Positions 50,114 through 61,688 of a DNA stretch of 64,000 bases are shown here, one piece after another. Numbering within the stretch: the first letter of the stretch is position 1; every line of letters begins with the position of its first letter. Source of the DNA: an uncultured Clostridium sp. (GTDB lineage Bacteria > Bacillota_I > Bacilli_A > RF39 > UBA660); NCBI GenBank assembly GCA_946402315.1, contig CAMIWC010000001.1, positions 28,508-92,507 on the forward strand, read 5' to 3'. The position numbers were made by a program, and so were the translations under genes. The notes beneath the pieces are model-generated. The model was not told the origin of the DNA. It did not search any database and was given only the letters and a program-made list of their open reading frames with translations.

Positions 50114-51013
50114 TTACACCTTTAAGTACTTTCTAACAGCTCTACTACTACCAATCATACCTACTAACATACCAATTACTAATACTATTAATGAAACTAT
50201 ATATATAAATGGTTGTGGTGGTACAAGTTCTAGAATAGAACTAAATAATACTCCATCAAAATATTCATATATATATGTATATCCATAAACAACTAATAGA
50301 ATAGGTACTACTGCTCCTATCATTCCAATAACCATTCCTTCAATAACAAATGGGTACTTAATTGAAAAGTTAGAAGCACCAACTAATCTCATAATAGAGA
50401 TTTCTTTCTTTCTAGCAAATATTGCTAGTTTAATAGTATTAATTATTAAGAAAATATTAACAAATACAAGTGCAATTACTATGCCAATAGTAACTCTTTC
50501 AATAAAAGTAAATACACTTACCATTTTTTCAACAGTACCTTCTCCATAATTAACCATAAAGACTTTATCTATCTTTTTAATTTCTTCTACTGTTTTACCT
50601 ATTTCTCTTATATCTACTACTTTAATCATAAAACTATCTTTTAAAGGAGATTCATCACTTTCCCAATCAGACATAATATTTCTAAATACTTCTGATTGTT
50701 CCATAAATTCTTCTTTTTCTTGTTCTTTAGTTTTTAAAGTAATAGATTCAATATTTTTAATATTTCTAAGTTGAGCATCTATTTGTTCCAAGTCTAAATC
50801 AGTAGCACCTTTATCAATAAATACTACTACTGTAACATCTCTTTCTATAGCTGAAGTAATATTTCTAACATTATATGAAAGAATTAATGAACAAGCTATT
50901 ACTATAAGTGTAATACTTATACAAGAAACAGATGCAAATGATAAAGAAAAGTTTCTAAATACACTTTTGAAGGCATCTCTAATACCTCTAAATAACATTC
51001 TAATTATCTTCAT
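50114..51013 (-). CDS. ftsX: Cell division permease-like protein FtsX
   Basis: Four TM helices with a large extracellular loop. It lies downstream of ftsE. The likely start is ATG at 51013 (RBS GAAAGGAAAG). The ORF track starts at TTG 51034. Confidence 0.85.
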   Translation of the reverse strand: MKIIRMLFRGIRDAFKSVFRNFSLSFASVSCISITLIVIACSLILSYNVRNITSAIERDVTVVVFIDKGATDLDLEQIDAQLRNIKNIESITLKTKEQEKEEFMEQSEVFRNIMSDWESDESPLKDSFMIKVVDIREIGKTVEEIKKIDKVFMVNYGEGTVEKMVSVFTFIERVTIGIVIALVFVNIFLIINTIKLAIFARKKEISIMRLVGASNFSIKYPFVIEGMVIGMIGAVVPILLVVYGYTYIYEYFDGVLFSSILELVPPQPFIYIVSLIVLVIGMLVGMIGSSRAVRKYLKV

Positions 51014-51698
51014 CGTAATACTTTCCTTTCTCAAAATCTTTTATTAAATATCCATCTTTAAGGACAAGTACTCTTTTATTCATTTTATTAACTATTTCTT
51101 TATCATGAGTTGCCATAATAACAGTAGTACCAGTAGTCTTATTAATATTTTCTAGTAATTTAACTATCTCCATACTTCTTTCTGGATCTAGGTTACCAGT
51201 AGGTTCATCACATATTAATAACTTTGGACTATTTACTATTGCTCTAGCAATCGCAACCCTTTGTTGTTCTCCTCCAGCTAATTGATCTGGATATACTCTA
51301 GTTTTAGATTTAAGTCCTACTAAATCTAAAGCTTTTAGAACTCTTTGTCTTATTTCTTTCTTTTCTGTACCAATACACTCTAAAGCAAATGAAACATTTT
51401 CATATACAGTTAGTTTTGGTAACAATCTATAATCTTGGAAAACTATACCTAACTTTCTTCTTAATTTATAAACCTTGCTATTTCTTAATTTAGCAACATT
51501 TAATCCACCTAATATTATTTCTCCACTAGATGGTTTTATTTCACGATAAAGCATTTTAATAAAAGTACTCTTTCCTGATCCTGAACCACCTATTACAAAT
51601 ACGAAATCACCCTTTTTTATCTTAACAGATAAATCGTGAATAGCATTAACTCCATTTTTATATCTGACATTAACGTCTTTGATGTTAATAAGTTCCAA
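51000..51698 (-). CDS. ftsE: Cell division ATP-binding protein FtsE
   Basis: ABC ATPase: GGSGSGKST Walker A, LAGGEQQRVAIARA signature, ICDEPTGNLD Walker B. 232 aa. Confidence 0.9.
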   Translation of the reverse strand: MELINIKDVNVRYKNGVNAIHDLSVKIKKGDFVFVIGGSGSGKSTFIKMLYREIKPSSGEIILGGLNVAKLRNSKVYKLRRKLGIVFQDYRLLPKLTVYENVSFALECIGTEKKEIRQRVLKALDLVGLKSKTRVYPDQLAGGEQQRVAIARAIVNSPKLLICDEPTGNLDPERSMEIVKLLENINKTTGTTVIMATHDKEIVNKMNKRVLVLKDGYLIKDFEKGKYYDEDN

Positions 51699-51775
51699 AT
51701 TACCACCACCTTATCATATTATCATTATACCATAAATATTATGGTCTTTCTACCTAGATAGTCTATCTGTGTAAA

Positions 51776-52850
51776 CTATTTAATTCTAAGATAAGCATTA
51801 ATAAATAGATCAATATCTCCATCTAAAACTTTAGTAGTATTAGATGTTTCTACATTAGTACGATGATCTTTAACAAGAGAATATGGATGAAGTACATAAC
51901 TTCTTATTTGAGAACCAAACTCAATATTCATATGTTCTCCTCTTATTTCCGCCATACGTTCCTTTTCTTTTTCTATTTCTATTAATTTAAGTTTACTTTT
52001 TAATACAGTCATAGCTTCTTCTTTATTTTGAATCTGACTACGCTCATTTTGACAAGTAACAACTATACCACTAGGAAAATGAGTGATTCTAACAGCTGAA
52101 GGAGTAGTATTAACTCCTTGTCCACCATGACCACTAGCACGATATACATCGATTCTAATATCATTAGGATCTATCTCAATATTTATATCATTTTTAATTT
52201 CAGGTATTACATCAACCGAAGCGAAAGATGTATGACGGCGATGATTACTATCAAAAGGAGAAAGCCTAACTAGTCTATGTACTCCTTTTTCACATTTTAA
52301 GTATCCATAAGCATATTTACCTTTAATAGATAAAACAACCGTCTTAATTCCTGCTTCTTCACCATCTACTTGATCTATTACTTCATACTTAAAACCATGA
52401 ATATCACAAAATCTAGTATACATACGATATAACATATTAGCCCAATCACATGCTTCAGTACCTCCTGCTCCAGAATGTACTTCTAAAATACAATTATTTT
52501 GATCATATTCTTCATTAAGAAGAGTCTTAACTTCTAAAGAAGATATCTTATCAGGATAAGTTTCAATATTATTTTCTATCAAAGTATATATATCTTCATT
52601 ATTCTCCGATTCAAGAAGTTCTAACATCTCTAAATCATTTTCTAACTCTTTCTTTAAAGAAGTTATTTCATCAGTAATAGATTTTAATCCATTTATTTCA
52701 TTAATTATCTCTTCTGATTTATTTTTATCATTCCAGAATTCTGGTTCATGAGTTTTCTTTGTTAATTCATCTATTCTTACTAATTTAGAATCTACGTCAA
52801 AGATCCCTCCATAGATTATTAACTGATTCCAGATAGTTATTTAAATTCAT
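51776..52850 (-). CDS. prfB: Peptide chain release factor 2, translated via a programmed +1 ribosomal frameshift
   Basis: ORF0 starts at ATG 52850 (MNLNNYLESVNNLWRDL) and ends at the in-frame UGA within GGAGGG AUC UUU GAC, the canonical CUU UGA C shift site with an upstream SD-like element; the 52797-52802 coordinates I derived for the CUU UGA codons do not match the sequence layout and need rechecking. The +1 frame continues DVDSKLVRIDEL... into the long ORF, which has the GGQ motif (SGHGGQGVNTT). Confidence 0.9.
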
Positions 52851-52896
52851 TTTTAATACCTTTGTATCCATTTAAATCACCAATATAATTGTAGCA

Positions 52897-52946
52897 AAAT
52901 AAAAACATCAAGTCCAATTATATTATTATTGGTAATTGATGTTTTT
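52897..52946 (-). terminator. Intrinsic terminator after the YfcC-family transporter gene
   Basis: A 10-bp outer stem aaaacatcaa/ttgatgtttt with a nested ccaat/attgg stem, followed by a U-run on the minus strand. Confidence 0.45.
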
Positions 52947-52968
52947 CCTTATACTTTTAATTATTTAA

Positions 52969-54387
52969 TTATAATAAGATAATTCCAACTATTACAATTA
53001 AAACAAATAATTCAAGTAATAATTTCCAAACTGCTTTTAGGTACTTAGTATATTTAACTCCAGCATAAGATAAAGTTGTTACTAAAACTAAACTTGTTGG
53101 AACAAATATAGAAGCTAAACCATAAGTAGTTTGTAATAGATAAGCAATTACATGATATACTTTTGTATCTGTAAATAATAATTCTGCATATTGAACCATG
53201 TTATATGCTGAATAATATAATTCTACATTAAAGAAATGTGAGATTACAGATGCAACAGAAGTAGTAATTACTGCGATCCAGTTAAATGATTTAGTTAATT
53301 TCATAAGTGGATCAATAATTGTAAGTAAAACTGGATGATATGCAGAGATATAAACGAATACAAACACGAACGCAGCCATTAATGCTGGTCTTACTGCTCT
53401 TGATAATCCTGCTACATAACCATCGATTGCTTCGTCTACTTTTAATTTACACATAAATGCAACAATTAATGTCATAACAACAATTAAACAAATTAATTGA
53501 GTATATGACCAAGATCCAAATGCAACTACTCCACTACCAAGAATCTTAGCAAATATTGGGAATCCAAATATCTTAAACTCTTGTACAGAAGTAAGAGCAT
53601 TAGTAAATACATCTTTATTAAATGCATTAACCCATGACATACAAGCTAAAACCATAATTATTAACATAAAATCAAATGCTAATGTTATTGGCCAAGATTT
53701 AGCTGTTTTATCATCTGATTCAGGATATAAATATCCATTTCTTGGAGAATCACTCTTATGTTTCTTTGCATACATTAATACATTTACAATTAATAGAATT
53801 AATGCAAGTACTAATGTAATTATTCTAACAACTATATCAGTTGATGCTGATAAGTTGAAGAATGAATTAATAAGAGCTTGTGCATCCATAACAGAATAAG
53901 TATTACCAAGCATACCTACAGATACAGATCCTACAGTAGTCATTACAGCTGTAGTCTTACTATAACCCATTAACATCATTGTTGCGAACACCATTGGGAA
54001 TAAAAGAATTAGAGCAAAGTTAATTCCAGCAACAGAAGTAAGTACTGAGAAAATAATCATTACTAATGTTAGGAATACCCATTCTCTTTCCTCATATTTA
54101 TATACTAACTTATCTAGTAAGTTTCTATATCCATTTGTTTTATATAAAACACCATAGAAACCTCCAACAGCAAGTACATATAGAGGAATATATCCAAATG
54201 CTTGTGGTAAAGCCGTAAGATAATTAAATAAATCGAATAATCCTACTTGAATTCTTTCATCTTTAACTAATCCAGTTCCATATGGATCTACAGATGTAGT
54301 TTTGAAAATCCAAGTTAATAAAATTACTACAGCTAAAGCAACACATACAACTTTAAATATACTATATTTCTTAACCTTATTTTTCAT
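52969..54387 (-). CDS. YfcC / DcuC-superfamily membrane transporter (putative basic amino acid or C4-dicarboxylate antiporter)
   Basis: 472 aa with about 12 TM helices. The block LAVGGFYGVLYKTNGYRNLLDKLV...LLFPMVFATMMLMGYSKTTAVMTTVGSVSVG parallels E. coli YfcC (LVIGGAFGIVMRTG...APLMVRLGYDSITTVLVTYIATQIG). Confidence 0.65.
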   Translation of the reverse strand: MKNKVKKYSIFKVVCVALAVVILLTWIFKTTSVDPYGTGLVKDERIQVGLFDLFNYLTALPQAFGYIPLYVLAVGGFYGVLYKTNGYRNLLDKLVYKYEEREWVFLTLVMIIFSVLTSVAGINFALILLFPMVFATMMLMGYSKTTAVMTTVGSVSVGMLGNTYSVMDAQALINSFFNLSASTDIVVRIITLVLALILLIVNVLMYAKKHKSDSPRNGYLYPESDDKTAKSWPITLAFDFMLIIMVLACMSWVNAFNKDVFTNALTSVQEFKIFGFPIFAKILGSGVVAFGSWSYTQLICLIVVMTLIVAFMCKLKVDEAIDGYVAGLSRAVRPALMAAFVFVFVYISAYHPVLLTIIDPLMKLTKSFNWIAVITTSVASVISHFFNVELYYSAYNMVQYAELLFTDTKVYHVIAYLLQTTYGLASIFVPTSLVLVTTLSYAGVKYTKYLKAVWKLLLELFVLIVIVGIILL

Positions 54388-54444
54388 ACTTTAAAACCTC
54401 CTACTTATAATTATACACAAATTAACACTTTTAGTATATATTTT

Positions 54445-54475
54445 GCAAAAAAAAAAGGAATTTTTAATTCCTTTT
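54445..54475 (-). terminator. Intrinsic terminator after lysS
   Basis: The hairpin aaggaatt-ttt-aattcctt overlaps the stop. A U10 run follows on the minus strand. Confidence 0.55.
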
Positions 54476-55963
54476 TTATTTACTTCTCTCTTTCATAGTA
54501 GGGAATAATAGAACATCTCTAATAGATTCTTGTTCTAGGAAGAACATACATAATCTATCTATTCCATATCCAATACCACCAGCAGGAGGCATACCATATT
54601 CTAGAGCTTCTACAAAGTCGTAATCAATATCATTAGCTTCTTCATTACCAAGATCTCTTTCCTTTAATTGATCTTCAAATCTAGATAATTGATCTACTGG
54701 ATCATTAAGTTCTGTATATGCATTAGCGAACTCTTTTCCTGAAATGAATAATTCAAAACGATCTACAAATCTAGGATCTTTAGGATTTCTCTTTGTAAGT
54801 GGAGAAATTTCTACTGGATGTCCATATAAGAAAGTTGGTTGAATTAATGTATCTTCTACATATTTTTCAAAGAATAGATTAACTACATGTCCAAAACATT
54901 TTTCGTGTTCATCAAGTTCAATACCATGTTCTTCAGCAAGCTTAACAGCTTCTTCATCAGTCATTTCTTTACTGAAATCTATTCCAGTTTGCTCCTTAAT
55001 AGCTTCTACCATAGATACTCTTTTCCATTTACCATCTAGATTAATTTCATTTCCTAAATAGTTGTATGTTGTTTTACCAAATACTTCTTTACCAATAGTT
55101 TTAAACATCTCTTCAGTTAAATCCATCATTCCTTCTAGATTACTATAAGCAAGATATGCTTCCATTAATGTAAACTCTGGATTATGTTGAGGATCCATTC
55201 CCTCATTTCTAAATACTCTACCTATTTCATATACTGCTTCAAGTCCTCCAACAAGTAATCTTTTTAATGGAAGTTCTAGAGCAATTCTTAAGTACATATC
55301 AATATCTTGAGTATTATGATGAGTTACAAATGGTCTTGCACTAGCACCAGTTAAAAGTGATGTTAAAATAGGAGTTTCTACTTCAATAAATCCAAGTCCA
55401 TCCATATAATTTTGAATAGTTCTAATAATTCTTGGTCTAAGTAAAGCTACTCTTTTAGCTTCTTCATTCATAATTAAGTCAACATATCTACGACGATATC
55501 TTTCTTCTACATCAGTAAGACCATGAAACTTTTCAGGTAGAGGTCTTAATGCTTTTACTAAATGAGTATATTCTAAACATTTAATAGTAACTTCACCTGT
55601 TTTAGTCTTCATTATTTTCCCATGAACACCAACTATATCACCAATATCAGCAGTCTTAAATAGATTATAACTATCTTCACCAATATCATTAATTGAAATA
55701 TATATTTGAATATTTCCTGTTTTATCTTGAATAGTAAAGAATGATGCTTTTCCCATTCTTCTAATAAACATAATTCTACCAGCTACAGTTGCAGTATCAT
55801 CCATATTTTCAAATGCATCATGATCTACATCTTTATATTTTTCTTTTATATCAGCGGCAAAACTATCACGATCAAATCTTTGACCAAATGGATCTAATCC
55901 TAATTTCTTTAGATCCTCCATTTTTCCTCTTCTAACTAATTCTTGTTCTGTAAATTCATTCAT
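54476..55963 (-). CDS. lysS: Lysyl-tRNA synthetase (class II)
   Basis: 495 aa. An N-terminal OB-fold anticodon-binding domain and class II motifs (FRNEG, GGIGYGIDRLCMF). Confidence 0.97.
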   Translation of the reverse strand: MNEFTEQELVRRGKMEDLKKLGLDPFGQRFDRDSFAADIKEKYKDVDHDAFENMDDTATVAGRIMFIRRMGKASFFTIQDKTGNIQIYISINDIGEDSYNLFKTADIGDIVGVHGKIMKTKTGEVTIKCLEYTHLVKALRPLPEKFHGLTDVEERYRRRYVDLIMNEEAKRVALLRPRIIRTIQNYMDGLGFIEVETPILTSLLTGASARPFVTHHNTQDIDMYLRIALELPLKRLLVGGLEAVYEIGRVFRNEGMDPQHNPEFTLMEAYLAYSNLEGMMDLTEEMFKTIGKEVFGKTTYNYLGNEINLDGKWKRVSMVEAIKEQTGIDFSKEMTDEEAVKLAEEHGIELDEHEKCFGHVVNLFFEKYVEDTLIQPTFLYGHPVEISPLTKRNPKDPRFVDRFELFISGKEFANAYTELNDPVDQLSRFEDQLKERDLGNEEANDIDYDFVEALEYGMPPAGGIGYGIDRLCMFFLEQESIRDVLLFPTMKERSK

Positions 55964-55965
55964 CT

Positions 55966-56658
55966 TTACTCACCTTTCCTTTTTGTATGATTTTTTACTC
56001 TTTCACTATTAATTCCCTTTTTTGTTGAAGTCTTTTCTTTTTCTTTCCATTTAGAAACATTACTTACTTCAACTTCTCCTTCTTCTACATCCATAACTAC
56101 TACTGTAGATGAAACTAAATCATGTAATCCAATTCCTCCATTAAATAGAATCATTAAGAAACATATAAATAATAAGATTGATTGAACATAAGAAAGCGCT
56201 CCACCTATACTAAAATATGAATTTTTACTTAAAGTAACAAGTAATAATACATCTATTAAACTAAATAAATATGAATAGATAAATGCCCCTCTTAAAGTAA
56301 GTTGCCATAAACTTAGCTTATCTTTCTTAGATTTTATTCGTATTTTAGCCAACATTTTTCCAGGAGTTTGTCCACTATTATAAAGTGGAACAATTACAAA
56401 GTAAAGGAAATATACTACTATAGTCATTAAAGAAGTAACAATTCCTCCTTTAGCCATATCATAAGCAGCATCTTTTATCTTTTGAACATCTTCATCTGTT
56501 GTTTTTTCTCCTTTTATAACAGACTTAACTTCTTCAACTATTTTTTCATCTGCTTTAGAGTTATTAGGTAAAAACATACCCACAACTGCAATAACCAAAG
56601 TAATTATAATAATATCTATTATATAAGCACCTATTCTTCTAAATAACATATTAATCAC
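55966..56658 (-). CDS. RDD-family membrane protein
   Basis: An N-terminal R..GAYIIDIII TM pattern and three TM helices. It overlaps the dusB stop, so it belongs to the operon. Confidence 0.45.
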   Translation of the reverse strand: MINMLFRRIGAYIIDIIIITLVIAVVGMFLPNNSKADEKIVEEVKSVIKGEKTTDEDVQKIKDAAYDMAKGGIVTSLMTIVVYFLYFVIVPLYNSGQTPGKMLAKIRIKSKKDKLSLWQLTLRGAFIYSYLFSLIDVLLLVTLSKNSYFSIGGALSYVQSILLFICFLMILFNGGIGLHDLVSSTVVVMDVEEGEVEVSNVSKWKEKEKTSTKKGINSERVKNHTKRKGE

Positions 56659-57628
56659 CTAATTCTTTCTTATATTCTTCTAATATAGAAATTATATCAT
56701 TTATAGATGTTGTTTGATATATTTTATTCTTTATTTCTGAAGAATTTTTAATACCTTTTAAATACCAACCTATATGATTACGCATTTCTAAACATACAAG
56801 TTTTTCCGGTTTTATTTCTTTTAAATAATCTATATGTTTATAAATCATATCTATTCTTTCAGATATTGTAGGTTTATCTATAATAGTACCATTTTCTAAA
56901 TATTCATTTATTTCTTTAAAGATCCATGGATTACCTTGAGCAGCACGACCTATCATAACAGCATCTACTCCAGTATAATCTAACATCTTTTTAGCGCTTT
57001 GATAGTCTACTATATCTCCATTACCAATTACAGGAATAGAAACTGCTTCTTTAACTTTTTTAATAATATCAAGATCAGCTTTACCAGAATAACCCTGACT
57101 ACGAGTTCGACCATGAATAGTAATTGCGCTTGCACCAGCACTTTCTATTACCTTAGCAACTTTTACTGCATTAATACTATTTTGATCCCATCCACTACGT
57201 ATTTTAACTGTTACAGGAATAGGTACTGCTTCTACTACTGCAGACACTATTTCTTTTATTTTATCTGGATTTTTTAATAATGACGCTCCAGCTTGTGCAC
57301 GTACTGATACTTTAGGTACAGGACATCCCATATTTATATCTATAATATCAGGGTGCATGTTTTCATAAATAAACTTAGCTGCTTCTACAAACGATTCTTT
57401 ATCACTACCAAATATTTGTTGAGCAATAGGTCTTTCTTCATCTTTCATTTGTAACATATCTATTGTTTTATTATTGCCAAATGTAATAGCTTTGTCACTA
57501 ACCATTTCAGCATAAACAAGACCACAACCCATTTCTTTACAAATTCTGCGATATGCAGAATTTGATATTCCAGCCATAGGTGCTAAAACAACTCTATTAT
57601 TAATATCTATATTACCAATTTTCCACAT
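56651..57628 (-). CDS. dusB: tRNA-dihydrouridine synthase B
   Basis: VVLAPMAGISNSAYRRICKEMG...DINMGCP...GNGDI FMN/TIM-barrel motifs. The likely start is ATG at 57628 (MWKIGNIDINN). Confidence 0.85.
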   Translation of the reverse strand: MWKIGNIDINNRVVLAPMAGISNSAYRRICKEMGCGLVYAEMVSDKAITFGNNKTIDMLQMKDEERPIAQQIFGSDKESFVEAAKFIYENMHPDIIDINMGCPVPKVSVRAQAGASLLKNPDKIKEIVSAVVEAVPIPVTVKIRSGWDQNSINAVKVAKVIESAGASAITIHGRTRSQGYSGKADLDIIKKVKEAVSIPVIGNGDIVDYQSAKKMLDYTGVDAVMIGRAAQGNPWIFKEINEYLENGTIIDKPTISERIDMIYKHIDYLKEIKPEKLVCLEMRNHIGWYLKGIKNSSEIKNKIYQTTSINDIISILEEYKKELGD

Positions 57629-57681
57629 AGTAGCACTTCCTGTCCCTAAATTATAACAAATAATCATAAAAAAAAGAAGAA

Positions 57682-59685
57682 TTAATCTTCTTTAGGTTCT
57701 TCTTTTTTCTCTTTTTCTTCTTTATCTAAATTATCTAAAGCATCAATTAATTCTTCTTTATTTAATTTATTATATCCCTTAATTCCTGCTTCTTTAGCAC
57801 GAGATTTAAGTTCTGTTACATTAAAATCACTTAATGATTCAACTTCAGGCATATGTCCATTTTCAACTAAGTATTCAATTTGTTCTTTAGTTAATGTTTC
57901 ATATTCAAGCAATGAATCAGCAATTAATGTTAGTAAGTTCTTTTCATCTGCAAGAATCTTTTTAGCTTGTTCATAGCATCCATTCATAATCTTATTCATT
58001 TCAAGGTCTATTTCATGAGCTACTTCATTAGAGAAATTACGACTCTTTGTGTAGTCTCTACCTAAGAATACTTCTCCTTGTCTTTGTTCAAGTTGAACAA
58101 GTCCAAGATCACTCATACCATATTCAGTAACCATACTTCTTGCTATCTTAGTAGCTTTTTCTAAGTCGTTGTGTGCTCCTGTTGATATTTCTCCAAAAGT
58201 TAATTCTTCAGCAACACGTCCACCAAGAAGACCAGTAATTTGTTCTAATAATTCTGATTTAGTTGCTGTATATGTTTCTTCTTTTGGAACCATTAAGTTA
58301 TATCCACCAGCTTGTCCACGAGGAATAATTGTAACCTTTTGTACTTCGCTAGCATTAGATAACTTTATACCAATAACAGCATGTCCTGCTTCATGGAATG
58401 CAACCATACGCTTTTCTTTTTCAGTATATTTCTTACTATGTTTAGCAGGTCCCATAATAACACGATCTGTAGCTTCATCTATTTCTGCCATAGTAATTGC
58501 TTCTTTATTACGTCTAACTGCAAGTAAAGCAGCTTCATTAAGTAAGTTTTCTAGATCGGCTCCACTAAATCCTGGAGTTCTCTTAGCTAAATTAGATAAT
58601 GTTACTCCACGACCTAATACTTTATTTCTAGCATGAACTGCTAGTATTTCTTCTCTTCCTTTAATATCTGGAAGATTAACTGTAACTTGTCTATCAAATC
58701 TTCCTGGACGAAGTAATGCTGGATCAAGTACATCAGCACGGTTTGTAGCAGCAATAACAATGATACCTTCATTAGTACCAAATCCATCCATTTCAGTTAG
58801 TAATTGGTTAAGAGTTTGTTCACGTTCATCATGACCTCCACCAATACCAGAACCTCTTTGACGTCCTACAGCATCAATTTCATCTATAAAGATTAAGCAT
58901 GGTGCGTTTTGTTTAGCTTGTTTAAACATATCTCTAACACGGCTAGCACCAATACCTACAAATAATTCTACGAAATCAGATCCACTAATATAATAGAATG
59001 GAACGTTTGCCTCTCCAGCTACTGCTTTAGCAAGTAATGTTTTACCAGTTCCAGGAGGACCAACTAGTAGAACTCCTTTAGGAATTCTAGCTCCCATTTC
59101 TTGGAACTTCTTAGGAGTCTTTAAGAAATCAATAAGTTCACTAACTTCTTCTTTTTCTTCATCAAGGCCTGCAACATCTTTAAATGTTACTCCACCTTCT
59201 CCATTAGCAAGCCTTGCTTTACTTCTACCAAAATCAATTGATTTAGAATTAACATTAACTTGTCTACTAAAGAACCAAATACCTACACCAACTATTAATA
59301 CAATTGGTAATACTTCAGCAAGTACTAATACCAAAGTACTTGTTTCAGGATCAGAATGAACTTTTACTTTGTATCCTAATTTTTCATTACTATCTACATC
59401 TAAAATATCAGCTATTACTGAATCAGACATAGGTACTATTAAAGTAAATGTTTCATTTTCTTCGTATCCTTCTAATTTACCACTTAAACTATATACATTT
59501 GCTCTAGATTTAGGAGTTATTTCAAGTTCTGTAACTTTTCCACTTCTTAAATCTCCAACAAATTCATCATATGATATTTTATTAACTTTTTTATTTGCTG
59601 TAGTAAAAATTACATATACTACAATCATAAAAATAATTAAGAATAAATAAGGTAAAAATCCTTGTCTAACGTTTTTCTTTTTCAT
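57682..59685 (-). CDS. ftsH: ATP-dependent zinc metalloprotease FtsH
   Basis: Two TM helices, the AAA module ([18 protein letters not shown]) and the HEAGHAV zinc site. 667 aa. Confidence 0.97.
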   Translation of the reverse strand: MKKKNVRQGFLPYLFLIIFMIVVYVIFTTANKKVNKISYDEFVGDLRSGKVTELEITPKSRANVYSLSGKLEGYEENETFTLIVPMSDSVIADILDVDSNEKLGYKVKVHSDPETSTLVLVLAEVLPIVLIVGVGIWFFSRQVNVNSKSIDFGRSKARLANGEGGVTFKDVAGLDEEKEEVSELIDFLKTPKKFQEMGARIPKGVLLVGPPGTGKTLLAKAVAGEANVPFYYISGSDFVELFVGIGASRVRDMFKQAKQNAPCLIFIDEIDAVGRQRGSGIGGGHDEREQTLNQLLTEMDGFGTNEGIIVIAATNRADVLDPALLRPGRFDRQVTVNLPDIKGREEILAVHARNKVLGRGVTLSNLAKRTPGFSGADLENLLNEAALLAVRRNKEAITMAEIDEATDRVIMGPAKHSKKYTEKEKRMVAFHEAGHAVIGIKLSNASEVQKVTIIPRGQAGGYNLMVPKEETYTATKSELLEQITGLLGGRVAEELTFGEISTGAHNDLEKATKIARSMVTEYGMSDLGLVQLEQRQGEVFLGRDYTKSRNFSNEVAHEIDLEMNKIMNGCYEQAKKILADEKNLLTLIADSLLEYETLTKEQIEYLVENGHMPEVESLSDFNVTELKSRAKEAGIKGYNKLNKEELIDALDNLDKEEKEKKEEPKED

Positions 59686-59699
59686 AAAAAATCTCCTTG

Positions 59700-61022
59700 T
59701 TAATCATATTTAAGTATTATATCATACGTTTCATTTTTTTGTTTAGTATATTTTGATTTTTTTATTCCTGGAATCCAAATAACTTTATCACAAGAATCTA
59801 CTAAAATAGGCCATCTATCTCTTTCTTCTTTAGGTATCTTTTGATCAATAAAAATATCTTTAATACTACGAGTACCACTCTTCTTAAGTTGCATTTTATC
59901 TCCATATTTACGAGTTCTTACATATAAAGGATAAGTAATATCTTCATTAGATATTCTACATACATCATTACTATTACTATCTATTTCATCAATCTTCTTA
60001 ATTGAATGATTGTTAGGCAATTCTACATAATCTAACATCTCAATCTTATAATCAATTGATTCATTAACAGCATCCTTTATTAATAACTCATTATAAGTTT
60101 TAATAGCCTTCTTATTATTAGGTAAATAAACATATGAATTAGCTTTTTTAGACTTAATAAGCATCTTAATCAATTTAACATGATTATCATTAATTATCAT
60201 TAAATCATCTTTATAAGTATCTTCTAATATCTTATAAATAATCTTCTTTTGAATTAATGGATCAAGCTCTAAATACTTATCAATATATATTATATTATCT
60301 TTATATACTTTATGGATACTTTTTTCTATTTCTCTATTAATATAATCATTATATTCAGATAAAGTTTCACTAAATTTAAGAAACTTATCATTAACATTCT
60401 TATCTTCTTTCTTTAAGAAAGGAAGAATTGTATTACGATATCTGTTTCTAGTATGTATGTTTTCTAAATTAGTTTTATCTATTGCATAAGGAATATTATT
60501 CTTTTCATCATACTCTATTATTTCATCTTTAGTAACAAATATTAAAGGTCTTACTAATTTATAAGTACCACAATCAGTACATTTGCTAAATCCACTATAT
60601 CCTTTTAGAGTTGAACCTCTTACAATCCTCATAAGAATTGTTTCAATTAAATCATCTCCATGATGAGCGGTGAATAAATAATTAGCATTGTACTTCTTAA
60701 TTAAATCTTCAAAGAAATTATATCTAATAGTCCTAGCTTCATTTTCAAAATTATCATCTCCATATTGCTCAATAATCATTGATTCAAAGATAACTTTCTT
60801 ATCCATGCAAAAAGATTCCAAGAGTTCTTTTTCTTGAAAACTTTCACGCCTAACATTATGATTTACGTGCGCTACAACAATTGATATATCTATTTTTTTA
60901 CTAATCTTTAATAATATGTCCATTAATGCCATTGAATCAGGACCATAAGAATTTCCTAAAACAATAACATCTCCATCTTTTAGTTTTAACTCATTAATAA
61001 GATAGTCTTTTACTTTTTGCAT
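59700..61022 (-). CDS. tilS: tRNA(Ile)-lysidine synthetase
   Basis: The N-terminal PP-loop LGNSYGPDSMAL (SGGxDS-type). 440 aa. It lies immediately upstream of ftsH as in Bacillus, though hprT is absent. Confidence 0.85.
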   Translation of the reverse strand: MQKVKDYLINELKLKDGDVIVLGNSYGPDSMALMDILLKISKKIDISIVVAHVNHNVRRESFQEKELLESFCMDKKVIFESMIIEQYGDDNFENEARTIRYNFFEDLIKKYNANYLFTAHHGDDLIETILMRIVRGSTLKGYSGFSKCTDCGTYKLVRPLIFVTKDEIIEYDEKNNIPYAIDKTNLENIHTRNRYRNTILPFLKKEDKNVNDKFLKFSETLSEYNDYINREIEKSIHKVYKDNIIYIDKYLELDPLIQKKIIYKILEDTYKDDLMIINDNHVKLIKMLIKSKKANSYVYLPNNKKAIKTYNELLIKDAVNESIDYKIEMLDYVELPNNHSIKKIDEIDSNSNDVCRISNEDITYPLYVRTRKYGDKMQLKKSGTRSIKDIFIDQKIPKEERDRWPILVDSCDKVIWIPGIKKSKYTKQKNETYDIILKYD

Positions 61023-61030
61023 TTAATCAC

Positions 61031-61345
61031 CTATTTCTCGTTTTTTTCTTTAGGCATTCTTATTATATATTCATCATTAGAAGAATAAAAATACTTTTCT
61101 TTTAAATAACGAGCAACATATTCAGGATCTTGAAGTTTTTCTACGTCTATTTCTAGAGCTTCATTATCTTCTCTTAAAGTAACTAATTGTGATTCAAGTT
61201 CCTTCTTTTCATTATATTTTTCATATATATTTAACCACATATTACTTAAGGTAGTAAAAACAGCTGAAATAGCAATAACAGACAATACTCCAAAAGACAA
61301 GAATCTTGCTGTTGCAGTTTTATCTTTTTTATTAATTGTAGCCAT
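61031..61345 (-). CDS. Septum formation initiator (DivIC/FtsB-like)
   Basis: 104 aa. A single TM (FLSFGVLSVIAISAVFTTL) is followed by a coiled coil (ELESQLVTLREDNEALEIDVEKLQD). Confidence 0.55.
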   Translation of the reverse strand: MATINKKDKTATARFLSFGVLSVIAISAVFTTLSNMWLNIYEKYNEKKELESQLVTLREDNEALEIDVEKLQDPEYVARYLKEKYFYSSNDEYIIRMPKEKNEK

Positions 61346-61455
61346 ACTTTACCACCTACTTTCTCATCCTAATTATATCACTTTTACAGTAAAATTAATT
61401 GTCAAATTTAGTAGATATTTACAAACATTGACAAAAAAAGATAACTTTCGTTATC

Positions 61456-61671
61456 TTATTTACAATATGGTAATAAAGCAATTGCTCTAGCTCTTTTAAT
61501 TTCACGAGCTATATGTCTTTGATGTTCTGCACATGCACCAGTAACTCTTCTAGGTAAAATCTTACCTCTTTCATTGATATATTTCTTTAAAATTTCTACA
61601 TCTTTATAATTAATATCTTTACCAGAGCACATATAACATACTTTTTTCTTTTTTCTATAAAACTCTGCCAT
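61456..61671 (-). CDS. rpsR: 30S ribosomal protein S18
   Basis: [51 protein letters not shown]. Confidence 0.95.
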   Translation of the reverse strand: MAEFYRKKKKVCYMCSGKDINYKDVEILKKYINERGKILPRRVTGACAEHQRHIAREIKRARAIALLPYCK

Positions 61672-61688
61672 AGTTTAACCTCCTTTAA

